Source of the DNA: Minisyncoccota bacterium
GTDB lineage: Bacteria > Patescibacteriota > Minisyncoccia > Phycocordibacterales > WO2-35-19
Assembly (NCBI GenBank): GCA_041664625.1
Contig: JBAYKK010000005.1
Location: forward strand, 1-56,792
Direction: 5' to 3'
Length of the DNA stretch: 56,792 nt
Part shown: positions 36,333 to 44,763 of the stretch, piece after piece
How positions within the stretch are numbered: the stretch's first letter is position 1
How the letters are laid out: each line of letters opens with the position of its first letter
The notes under the pieces: model-generated
Databases searched by the model: none
The model's input: only the letters and a program-made list of their open reading frames with translations
Told to the model about the DNA's origin: nothing
Made by a program: the position numbers and the translations under genes

Positions 36333-38045
36333 CTATGATTTTTTACTACCTCCTACAACTAGATTTTTGACTGTTGCAACAACATTATCGAAGACAGAAG
36401 TTAACTTTGTTTTCGCTTCTTCTGTAAGACGAGAAGTATGCATCACAGAGTTTCTGAGTGGTTTGTAGGGCGTATCTTCGTCTCTAAGAATTTTATCGTC
36501 AATAACTCTTGCCAGATCAATATAATCTAAATACATCAATAGATTTTCCTCGGCACTCCTGATTGGTATTGATATTCCTGCTTCGGTTTTCTGATCTTGC
36601 AACCCCTTTTTTCTATCCTCGCCTTTACAATATACACACAAACTAGTATTTCCAGCTTTTTTATCATATCGATCTATACATGTTTTATCGCCATCGCTCC
36701 GATCTTTGTTTAAACAAGCGGTAGGACCATTATCTCCAATATGTCTCCTTAATAAGTTTTCTGAGATAAAACACTGGACATAACTACTACTGTTGAAAGC
36801 GGCATCGTTGGCTAAATCCCTAATAAACTTATCACCACCATTTATGCCGTCATCTTCTCCAGTGTAGTCCTTGGCAACTTCTCGATACAATGATTTCGCT
36901 TTCTTCATTTTCGACGACTCTCTTTTTGTGTTATCGGGGTCGCCATCTTCACCACGCATCTCGCGAAGATCGTCCCACTGATCCAATACTTTTATTACAA
37001 GTATTTTTATTTCAGCGAGATATTTCTTATAGATCGGATCGTCAACTTGCACTCCTTCTCGACTACTTGTAAATGGATCATTTTCGCCACTATCTAAAGA
37101 ATCAATATGAATTTGACCATAAATATACTCTTCGGGAAGCTGGGATGAGGGCGAATGCTTCATGATGTCAAGTTCACGCATTCTACCGTTCACAAAAAGA
37201 TCAACGCCGATGCGTTCCTTAGCGCCAAAGATATTTCGATTTGTAGGTTTCTTTACAGACGCAATGAATCCACTTATCTCTACACTATCAGTCGTAAGCC
37301 CGATCATGCTGCCGTTAGCAGGTGTGATCAAAGGCAAGAATGGGTCTGAATCATAATTATTGATATTCCAAACAAACTCCGTATTGCTTGCAAGTTCACT
37401 TAGTGCGTCAATAGTAACTTCGGTATTATTGAGAACTATTTTGAATTCTGGATCAATTAGTGAAAATCTGAAATAAAGAGCGATAATTTTTCTCAAAAAT
37501 TCTTCTGTATGGCTCCTTTCCTCTTTCAAGCCCTCAAAACAAATAACTGTGCCTCTATCGGCGCTACATAGTTCTTTATAAGCACTAAAGTCAGGTTCTT
37601 TGAGTTCATAATCTGCGGTGCCAGAACCTTTTTTAATCTCAGCATTTATTTCACTATTATCAATCACAACCCCATTCCATTTTCCCGCTGTAGTTTTTGA
37701 AAGAACTACAACCCGATCGGCACATGATAGTAACGCCAATTTCCCAATACCTTTTCTGCCAATGTGATGCCGTTTTTTGTTCGGAGAATGCGTACCAAAC
37801 TCATCGCGCTTGGAATAGCCAATTTTCAGAAATCTATTTTGTAAATCATCACGACTCATCCCAGTGCCATCGTCGGCTATACACATGTTGCGCTTCGCAG
37901 GATCATAGACAATTTGCACATTTTCAGCCTCTGCGTCCCACGCATTTGAAATTGCCTCACCAAGAATGGTGGCAAAACTGCGGTATAAGTTTCGACCAAG
38001 ATGGTCTAGCACAGTGAGCGCAATTTCAAATCTTAGAGGTTTCAT
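36333..38045 (-). CDS. GHKL (HATPase_c, MutL/MORC-like) ATPase with C-terminal candidate HEPN domain
   Basis: EAISNAWDA, DDGTGM, GRKGIGKLA, GTVI; C-term LMYLDYIDL...LRNSVMH. Confidence 0.85.
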   Translation of the reverse strand: MKPLRFEIALTVLDHLGRNLYRSFATILGEAISNAWDAEAENVQIVYDPAKRNMCIADDGTGMSRDDLQNRFLKIGYSKRDEFGTHSPNKKRHHIGRKGIGKLALLSCADRVVVLSKTTAGKWNGVVIDNSEINAEIKKGSGTADYELKEPDFSAYKELCSADRGTVICFEGLKEERSHTEEFLRKIIALYFRFSLIDPEFKIVLNNTEVTIDALSELASNTEFVWNINNYDSDPFLPLITPANGSMIGLTTDSVEISGFIASVKKPTNRNIFGAKERIGVDLFVNGRMRELDIMKHSPSSQLPEEYIYGQIHIDSLDSGENDPFTSSREGVQVDDPIYKKYLAEIKILVIKVLDQWDDLREMRGEDGDPDNTKRESSKMKKAKSLYREVAKDYTGEDDGINGGDKFIRDLANDAAFNSSSYVQCFISENLLRRHIGDNGPTACLNKDRSDGDKTCIDRYDKKAGNTSLCVYCKGEDRKKGLQDQKTEAGISIPIRSAEENLLMYLDYIDLARVIDDKILRDEDTPYKPLRNSVMHTSRLTEEAKTKLTSVFDNVVATVKNLVVGGSKKS

Positions 38046-39081
38046 ATTGTTTAATATGCTTCTTTATACCAAGCCCAATAACGTGCCCGAGCTGAGGCGG
38101 AACTGCATTTCCGATATGTTTACTAATTTTCGACGCTGGAAAATCCCCAAAATCATAGCCGATAGGAAAGGTCTGCAACAATGCGCCCTCACGAATTGAG
38201 AGTGCCCTGTTTTGTTCTGGGTGTCCAAATCTTCCAGACCCATAACTCGTAAATTGTGTTGTGATTGTTGGTGACACACCATTCCATGTCATTCGTCCAT
38301 ATACAGAAGTATACGTTTGTCCGCTATCCTTTTTGTAACAATTTGGAAGTAATGTTTTGTTCCAATCATGCCACGTCCCTCCAGGTTTAGATTGAGCAAT
38401 TCGTCTCTGGTTTATCGGAGTTAGTTTTTTTGCTTGATGTAAATGATCATGTTTAGATATTTCTCCTGCATCAATTTTTGGCAATTCACGAATAACATGC
38501 CCCACGGTAATATATTTATCTTTTGTATGTGTTTCTTCTGGTATTGAAATTTTGCCAAGTTTCGAAGCAAGTAGAATTAAACGACTACGATTTTGCGGCA
38601 CGCCATAATTTGGTGCGTATACAACTTTCCAGTCAACTTCGTATCCAAGTTTTTTAAGTTCGTTTACAAAATTCTTAAACACGTCAGTTTTTGTAACCCC
38701 TCGAACGTTTTCCATGGAGATAATGTCAGGTTTAATAATTTTTATCCCTCTAACAAAATGATCAAGCAGATTCCATCTATTATCGTGCGTATCCTTATGT
38801 AATTTGAAAGCATGCGAAGAGAATGGCTGGCAAGGAGCACAACCAACAAGTACCCGAGTACTTCCTTTTGAATATATTTTATTTAATTTTTTGAAATCAA
38901 ATTCCGAAATATCTGCGGATATAAATTTAGCCCCATTATTTTTTTCGTACGCATAGGCACATGATTCGTCATTATCAAGGCCAGCCAAGACTGATAACCC
39001 AGATTTTCTTAGTCCATATGTCAAACCACCTATTCCACTAAACAGGTCAATGACTTCTATTTTTTTAGATTTTTTTGTCAT
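38026..39081 (-). CDS. DNA (cytosine-5)-methyltransferase
   Basis: DLFSGIGG, GCAPCQPFS, ENV, PQNRSR, RALSIREGALLQTFP, GNAV. Confidence 0.97.
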   Translation of the reverse strand: MTKKSKKIEVIDLFSGIGGLTYGLRKSGLSVLAGLDNDESCAYAYEKNNGAKFISADISEFDFKKLNKIYSKGSTRVLVGCAPCQPFSSHAFKLHKDTHDNRWNLLDHFVRGIKIIKPDIISMENVRGVTKTDVFKNFVNELKKLGYEVDWKVVYAPNYGVPQNRSRLILLASKLGKISIPEETHTKDKYITVGHVIRELPKIDAGEISKHDHLHQAKKLTPINQRRIAQSKPGGTWHDWNKTLLPNCYKKDSGQTYTSVYGRMTWNGVSPTITTQFTSYGSGRFGHPEQNRALSIREGALLQTFPIGYDFGDFPASKISKHIGNAVPPQLGHVIGLGIKKHIKQYETSKI

Positions 39082-39085
39082 ATTT

Positions 39086-39706
39086 TTAACTCGCTATTTC
39101 AAAAATCTTTTTCACAAAAGACGTTCGGGCGTAAAATGCACGACTGACCGACCCGTGACCAGGGCCTTTCGTGCGAGCTTGTATCCACTTTCCGTCTTTT
39201 CCAGTTAAAGCTTCGAATCCTTCTTTTATCAACTTTGCACGGATAAAATCATAGTCAGCTTTTATTTCTTTTATCAATTCATCATCCTCGGCAAAGTCTA
39301 GACTTGCAACTTTCAATAAAGTGGCCCCCTCGGAATTTGTGCCATTCCACTGCACCGCGCAAAAAACAATGGTTTTGAGCTTTGCCCAACAATGGCTTTC
39401 AAAAAACGAATGGGCTTTCAATTCTGTTGGATTGATCATTGTTATCGCCATTGTTTCCTTTGGCACGAGTTCACCTTTTATTTCACGGAAAGCAACTGAC
39501 TTTAATTCGTAAGTAAGCCCATTCGGTGCTTTTGATATGTTGGTTTGAAGTCCTGCCAAACGTTCCAAAACAAGACCCTTCCAGCCTTTATTCTGCTTTC
39601 CTGTCTCGTAAGTCGTAATGCCGTGTTCCAAAGCCAATTTTCGTAAATCTTGGCCTATATACTTTTTTAGATTTTTTATCGCAATTGTGCGTGTGATGAT
39701 TTTCAT
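39086..39706 (-). CDS. MutH/Sau3AI-family restriction endonuclease
   Basis: NKGWKGLVLE...YELKSV...PKETMAIT, ADYDFIR, QARTKG.GH.S.SRAFY. Confidence 0.85.
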   Translation of the reverse strand: MKIITRTIAIKNLKKYIGQDLRKLALEHGITTYETGKQNKGWKGLVLERLAGLQTNISKAPNGLTYELKSVAFREIKGELVPKETMAITMINPTELKAHSFFESHCWAKLKTIVFCAVQWNGTNSEGATLLKVASLDFAEDDELIKEIKADYDFIRAKLIKEGFEALTGKDGKWIQARTKGPGHGSVSRAFYARTSFVKKIFEIAS

Positions 39707-40521
39707 ATTTTTGCTTTCTTATTTTTCAAATTGCGATCCAATTCCTCAAATCTCTTTATTGATACATCTAAAAATTGTTTATCAAGATCAATGCCGATAA
39801 ATTTTCTGCCGAATAAATGTGCGGCGATTCCAGTCGTTGAGCTTCCCGTGAATGGATCAAGAATTAGATCTCCTTTGTTTGTGCTTGCAAGCACAATTCT
39901 TTTCAGTAAATCCTCTGGCTTTTGTGTTGGGTGCTTGCCAAATTTCTTTTCAATTGGCTTTGGTGTTCCCATAGACCAAACCGAACGCATTTGAAGCCTA
40001 GGCTTTTTTAATGCGTCCTCCGGCCAAGTGCCGTTTTTCATTAAATCGTAATTGAAAATATGTTTTGCTTTTTTGTCCCTCCTTGCCCAAATAATTGTTT
40101 CGTGACTTGCGGTAAAAAATCGACAACTTAGATTCGGTGATGCGTTCGGTTTGAACCATGCAATATCGTTAAGTACGTGAAATCCTGCGACCTGAAGTGC
40201 AAAACCGCATTGGTAAATTGAGTGATAAGTTCCACTGATCCAAAGTGTGCCAGAGGGTTTCAGTACACGCTTAACGGCTTGTATCCACTCAAGATGAAAT
40301 TCAAAATCTTTTTTTAATCCATTACTCTTGTCCCATTCGCCTTTATTCACGCTCACTTGCCGTCCAGCGTGGACAGTAAAACCGCCGTTTGAGAGCAGGT
40401 AGGGAGGATCAGCAAAAACCATATCAACCGAATTTTCTGGAAGTTCAGTAAGAACGTTCAAACAATTTGCTTGATAGAGAGTAAAATTCGGTTTTTCGTA
40501 ATATGGTTTTTGCATAGACAC
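39703..40521 (-). CDS. Beta-class N4-C/N6-A DNA methyltransferase (DpnB-like)
   Basis: ADPPY, VNKGEWD, WFKPNASPN, HPTQKP, DPFTGSSTT. Confidence 0.95.
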   Translation of the reverse strand: MSMQKPYYEKPNFTLYQANCLNVLTELPENSVDMVFADPPYLLSNGGFTVHAGRQVSVNKGEWDKSNGLKKDFEFHLEWIQAVKRVLKPSGTLWISGTYHSIYQCGFALQVAGFHVLNDIAWFKPNASPNLSCRFFTASHETIIWARRDKKAKHIFNYDLMKNGTWPEDALKKPRLQMRSVWSMGTPKPIEKKFGKHPTQKPEDLLKRIVLASTNKGDLILDPFTGSSTTGIAAHLFGRKFIGIDLDKQFLDVSIKRFEELDRNLKNKKAKI

Positions 40522-40585
40522 CTTATCATTTTAGCAAGATTGAGCCGAAACAGCTTTACTTTGCTTCGGTTCAAAGTTGCCAATC

Positions 40586-40676
40586 TGGCGGAGGAGGTGA
40601 GATTCGAACTCACGATCCAGTTGCCCAGATTCCGCTTTTCAAGAGCGGTGCCTTAAACCACTCGAGCCACTCCTCC
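40586..40676 (-). tRNA. tRNA-Ser(TGA)
   Basis: GGAGGAG acceptor, loop CT-TGA-AA, long variable arm, GAGTTCGAATCTC, encoded CCA. Confidence 0.96.
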
Positions 40677-40742
40677 GTGGACATCAATATTACAACATAA
40701 GAGGCAGATAGACAACGGGATTAAAAATATTATACTTTATTC

Positions 40743-41105
40743 ATGATCTCAATAGATGATTTTAAAAAAGTAGAAATAAGAGCGGGCAAAGTGCTTTCAG
40801 CTGAACCGGTAGAAGGATCAGAGAAATTACTTAAACTTTCGGTAGATTTTGGATCCGCCTCCGCCGAAAGCTCTGGCGAGGCAAAGGAAGAAAAAAGGGA
40901 TTTGAGGCAAGTAGTATCAGGCATAGCCAAACACATCTCCCCCGAAGAATTAGTCGGTACTACTTGCACTTTTGTCACCAATTTAGAGCCTCGAGAAATC
41001 ATGGGTCTCAAAAGTGAAGCCATGATCATGGCTTTATCAAACGAAGAATCTTTTTCTTTACTCAAAGTCTCACCAAATATCCCCCCTGGTAGTATTGTCA
41101 AATAG
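40743..41105 (+). CDS. Standalone tRNA-binding OB-fold protein (Trbp111/CsaA/MetG C-terminal-like)
   Basis: ISIDDFKKVEIRAG...KLLKL.VDFG...RQVVSGI...VTNLEPR...SEAM. Confidence 0.92.
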   Translation: MISIDDFKKVEIRAGKVLSAEPVEGSEKLLKLSVDFGSASAESSGEAKEEKRDLRQVVSGIAKHISPEELVGTTCTFVTNLEPREIMGLKSEAMIMALSNEESFSLLKVSPNIPPGSIVK

Positions 41106-41117
41106 TTTGTTGTGTTA

Positions 41118-41184
41118 CCCTGTAGTGAATTTTGGCATTAAGTTACCTTATGCACAAAGTGCAATGCCAAAATCTACTACGGGG
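41118..41184 (-). repeat. GTAG-type REP-like palindrome, copy 5
   Basis: GTAGTGAATTTTGGCATT...GCAATGCCAAAATCTACTAC. Confidence 0.9.
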
Positions 41185-41200
41185 TGTTAAAATGTTGTTT

Positions 41201-41668
41201 ATGGAAACTATTTTAGAATGGCATTCGCCAGAACATCATTTTGATAAAAAAAGCGCAGACTGGTATTGGATACTAGGAGTTATCATATTGGGCGCTTCAG
41301 TTTTGGCTTTTTATTTCCACAATTTTCTTTTTGGAGTTTTTATAATAATCGCCGGTCTAACTATCGGCATGCTTTCATACAAAGAAACCAAATCTGTCCT
41401 CGTGAAGATTTCCAACAAAGGTTTGATTTTTGGCAACGCATTATACCCTTGGGTTTCTTACCGTTCTTTTTGGATTGAAGACGAACACACCCACGGCTAT
41501 CGCATTTTGCTACACCCCACCAACCCCTACCTCCCTCTTACCATTATCCCAGTAAATCAAGAGATCGATTTGAATGATGTCCGTGAAATACTTTTGGAAT
41601 TTTTGGAAGAAGAATTTTTGCAAGAATCTCTAGTCCATCAATGGTTTGATAAACTCCTAGCGAGATAA
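41201..41668 (+). CDS. Conserved two-TM hypothetical protein (DUF5673-like)
   Basis: LEWHSPEH...KSADWYW, two TMs, YPW...SFWI; ATG 41201 or 41192. Confidence 0.75.
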   Translation: METILEWHSPEHHFDKKSADWYWILGVIILGASVLAFYFHNFLFGVFIIIAGLTIGMLSYKETKSVLVKISNKGLIFGNALYPWVSYRSFWIEDEHTHGYRILLHPTNPYLPLTIIPVNQEIDLNDVREILLEFLEEEFLQESLVHQWFDKLLAR

Positions 41669-41733
41669 TTTTGTGCCGTTTATTGAGTAACGCTACTATG
41701 TCCCGCCGTAGCTTTCTTTGACCAACGTAGAAC

Positions 41734-41779
41734 CTCCTACCGGCAAGGTTGCGAGTTCAAGTCCTGCCGAGGATGCTAA
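41734..41779 (+). repeat. Degenerate tRNA-like repeat, copy 1
   Basis: 36/46 identity to 42448-42493; T-loop-like GTTCAAGTCC. Confidence 0.55.
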
Positions 41780-41847
41780 ACTAAGATAAAAATTTTATAA
41801 TATAAAGGAGGTCGAATTTTATTAGATTAACACTTAAAATAATATTT

Positions 41848-42357
41848 ATGAAAAAAATTATATATTCCTCAATAGTTGTTGCTTCTATGCTGATAGGTGT
41901 GGGCACAGCATTTGCGGCAGGTGGATTTGACCAATATGGATACAACGATACTGCCAGAATCTTTAACGGGACATGTGTAAGTTGGTATATGAGTAAATTT
42001 GGCGGCACAGAAGCACAAGCACAAGATTACTGTGGTGATTACTCAAACGATAAATTAGTGATGAAGTGGAATGCGGAATGGGACAGAGGCAATGCTGAAG
42101 GGTGGAGCAATCCCCCTTATGCGGCTTACGAAAATAATGAGTGGAATGGTATGACCAAAGAAGGAAGCAAATCAGTCTGGAAATATAAGATAGTTTGGGT
42201 GGGAGATTATGCGACCGACCCATTACTAATTCCTGACGGTGGATACGGGATATGGGGTCAGTTTGCTGTAATCATGGACCAAGGAAAAGATCCATCATAC
42301 GGTCCGGGACATTTTTGGTTTGCTCATTCAATGCCTACTGGTTATGGTGCTTACTAA
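41848..42357 (+). CDS. Small exported Trp/Tyr/Gly-rich protein
   Basis: Signal peptide MKKIIYSSIVVASMLIGVGTAFA; SD AGGAGG region upstream. Confidence 0.85.
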   Translation: MKKIIYSSIVVASMLIGVGTAFAAGGFDQYGYNDTARIFNGTCVSWYMSKFGGTEAQAQDYCGDYSNDKLVMKWNAEWDRGNAEGWSNPPYAAYENNEWNGMTKEGSKSVWKYKIVWVGDYATDPLLIPDGGYGIWGQFAVIMDQGKDPSYGPGHFWFAHSMPTGYGAY

Positions 42358-42383
42358 CAAGTAAGATCAGCAACCAACAAAAG

Positions 42384-42409
42384 GCCACCCAATATCTGGG
42401 TGGTTTTTT
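42384..42409 (+). terminator. Intrinsic terminator
   Basis: GCCACCCA-ATATC-TGGGTGGT followed by T-run. Confidence 0.8.
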
Positions 42410-42416
42410 GCTATTT

Positions 42417-42489
42417 ACCTTTGTAGCACACTGGATAGAGTTGGACGCTTCTACCGTCAAAATTGCAGGTTCAAATCTTACCGAAGATG
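42417..42489 (+). pseudogene. Degenerate tRNA-Arg(TCT)-like pseudogene
   Basis: Cloverleaf with one mismatch per arm; loop CT-TCT-AC; GGTTCAAATC; no CCA. Confidence 0.55.
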
Positions 42490-42580
42490 CTAACGAAAAT
42501 ATTCAACGCGGACACTTTTCGCGTGTTTTTGGTCAGATTTTTTATAAAATAAAAATCCATCAAATGTCTATGCTCGAAGC

Positions 42581-42994
42581 TTAAAACATTTTTGGTAATT
42601 TAATTTCTCTGGTCTGTAATCTTTCCAAAAATGCTTTTTGCAAATCGGGAACAAGGGGAAAATCATGATTTTCTTTGGGTTCGTGAGTAAAAACATCAAA
42701 ACCTTGTTCATTGTATCGAGGTATCAAATGCCAGTGCACTTGTTTTACCTCGTCCATATACATCAAATATACCTTTTCTAAATTTAAAGTTTTTAAAAGT
42801 GTATCGCGAGTAATATCCACAATTTCCATTAGATAGTCATATTCAGAATCTGAAAGATCATGCAAATCTGGCATGTCTTTTTTCCAAACAACAACTACGT
42901 GTCCCTTGGTAATGGGGAAAAGAGCCAAACATACATACAACCACTCACTTTCATAAATAATTGATTTTGGCGGCGGTTTTGGAAGTGAAGACAT
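42581..42994 (-). CDS. HIT family protein
   Basis: PITKGHVVVVWK.D..DL.DL, VHWHLIPRY; ATG 42994 preferred. Confidence 0.9.
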   Translation of the reverse strand: MSSLPKPPPKSIIYESEWLYVCLALFPITKGHVVVVWKKDMPDLHDLSDSEYDYLMEIVDITRDTLLKTLNLEKVYLMYMDEVKQVHWHLIPRYNEQGFDVFTHEPKENHDFPLVPDLQKAFLERLQTREIKLPKMF

Positions 42995-43066
42995 AAAATT
43001 ATTATATACGAAATGCCGTGTCCTTGCGAACACGGCATAGATTTGAGCTCGGGGCAGAAACAATGA

Positions 43067-43462
43067 TCAAGCCGCCACGGCCTCTTTCTTCCGGAACTTG
43101 ATTTTTCCGTGACCCTCATACTTGGATGGCACGACAACGATGTCGTATTCCCTCATCATATCCTTTACGGGAACTCCCGTCACTGAGGACACGGTTACGA
43201 CCGAAAGAATCTTGGCCTCTTTCGGAAAATAATATGCGTCCGTCGCAACCATGAGGCTTGTGGGAGTCGCCTCCACTGCTGTGAAGCTTGGGTCTTCCAC
43301 ATCACGCTCGTAGATGAGCACCTTGTTGTAGTCAAGGCAGTCTTCTACGTATAGGTGCGGATATTTTGAGTATTCCTGGTTTTGTCTGCGTCTCTTAAAA
43401 TACAAGATGGCGCCGAAAACCAGAAGTGAAATCAACAACAAACTTCCAAAGAACAAAAACAT
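43067..43462 (-). CDS. GC-richer single-TM hypothetical protein
   Basis: N-terminal TM plus basic patch; SD GGAGG; own promoter TTGACA-N16-TATACT at 43488-43515. Confidence 0.8.
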   Translation of the reverse strand: MFLFFGSLLLISLLVFGAILYFKRRRQNQEYSKYPHLYVEDCLDYNKVLIYERDVEDPSFTAVEATPTSLMVATDAYYFPKEAKILSVVTVSSVTGVPVKDMMREYDIVVVPSKYEGHGKIKFRKKEAVAA

Positions 43463-43653
43463 GGTGAAATTTGCCTCCTACCCACAAGTATAGCAAATAC
43501 ACATTATTTGTCAAGGATTTTGTCATTTTGTAAAGAGTAGCATTTAAAATATGGCTCAAAATTAACATTTAATGAAACGAGTACGTTAGAACCTTCTTTG
43601 TTGTATATCGTGCCAAACGAAATATGGAATAACATGCATTATGTACAATTTTG

Positions 43654-43725
43654 TGCTCTCGGGGGGAATCGAACCCACATCAAACCCTCCGCAAGGGTTT
43701 ATCCTATCCATTGAACGACGAGAGC
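43654..43725 (-). tRNA. tRNA-Arg(GCG)
   Basis: GCTCTCG/CGAGAGC acceptor, loop TT-GCG-GA, GGTTCGATTCC. Confidence 0.93.
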
Positions 43726-43755
43726 AAATTGTTTTGACGACAAGATGACAATAAC

Positions 43756-43786
43756 AAAAAATGTCTCGTTTGGCGAGACATTTTTT
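43756..43786. terminator. Terminator downstream of rpsT
   Basis: AAAAAATGTCTCG-TTTGG-CGAGACATTTTTT. Confidence 0.8.
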
Positions 43787-43789
43787 GTT

Positions 43790-44053
43790 TTATATTTTGA
43801 TGGTGATGATTTTCATCAATCGAGACTTTTTGCGGGAAGCGGTATTTTTTTTGATGATACCGGTTTTTTTGGCTTTATCTATCGCCTTCTGGAGTTTAGG
43901 GATAAGCTTTTTGGCCTCATCATTCTTTTTGGCTAAAATCAATTTTTTGTATTCTTTGACTACGCTCTGCATTTCGTTTTTGCGACGCAAATTAAAAACT
44001 CTCTTTTTTTTAGAGCCTCTGAGCGCTTTTTTGGCTGATGTTGTTATTGGCAT
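43790..44053 (-). CDS. rpsT: 30S ribosomal protein S20
   Basis: MPITTSAKKALR...IDKAKKTGIIKKNTASRKKSRL. Confidence 0.97.
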   Translation of the reverse strand: MPITTSAKKALRGSKKKRVFNLRRKNEMQSVVKEYKKLILAKKNDEAKKLIPKLQKAIDKAKKTGIIKKNTASRKKSRLMKIITIKI

Positions 44054-44193
44054 AAGTCAGTAGTTAGATTAAAGTAGTTAGTAGCAAGGAAACACTCACT
44101 AATAACGACTCAGAAAGAGTAACAGATAAACTATTTTTATGCAAATTTCCAATCCCCCCTTACTACTATATACTTACTACTAACTACTTATTT

Positions 44194-44760
44194 ATGTTTG
44201 GACACATTACAGGCAAAATATTTGATCTGAAAGGGACTCGAGCCATTGTAGACGCTCATGGCATTGGTTTTGTGGTTCATAGCACCCCTTCATATTTGGC
44301 CAAATTGAGAACCAATCAAGAAGCAAGCTTTTGGACTCATACCGCAGTCCGAGAAAATTCGATAGATATTTATGGATTTGAAACCGAAGAAGAACTCAGG
44401 GCCTTTGAACTCTTGATTACCGTTTCCGGAGTAGGGCCAAAATCTGGTTTAGCGATCTTGGGCATAGCAGGAGTCAAATCAATTGAAGAAGCCGTAGCGA
44501 CCAACGACACTTCAGCTTTAACCAAAATATCTGGCATCGGTCGTAAAACCGCTGAAAAAATCGTTTTGGAATTAAACGGCAAATTGATTGGTACGACAAA
44601 AGGCGGGGGTGTAAATAGCGAAGATATAGACGTGTTTGAGGCTCTCAAATCTTTAGGCTACAGAGAACGTGACATCCAGGAAATTATAAAGAATTTACCC
44701 AAAGATTTGGCTGGAGCCAATGAAAAAATAAAACACGCTCTTAAAAATTTAGGTAAATAA
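44194..44760 (+). CDS. ruvA: Holliday junction branch migration protein RuvA
   Basis: HTAVREN...YGF, LITVSGVGPKSGL, ISGIGRKTAEKIVLEL, ALKSLGY. Confidence 0.97.
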   Translation: MFGHITGKIFDLKGTRAIVDAHGIGFVVHSTPSYLAKLRTNQEASFWTHTAVRENSIDIYGFETEEELRAFELLITVSGVGPKSGLAILGIAGVKSIEEAVATNDTSALTKISGIGRKTAEKIVLELNGKLIGTTKGGGVNSEDIDVFEALKSLGYRERDIQEIIKNLPKDLAGANEKIKHALKNLGK

Positions 44761-44763
44761 AAT

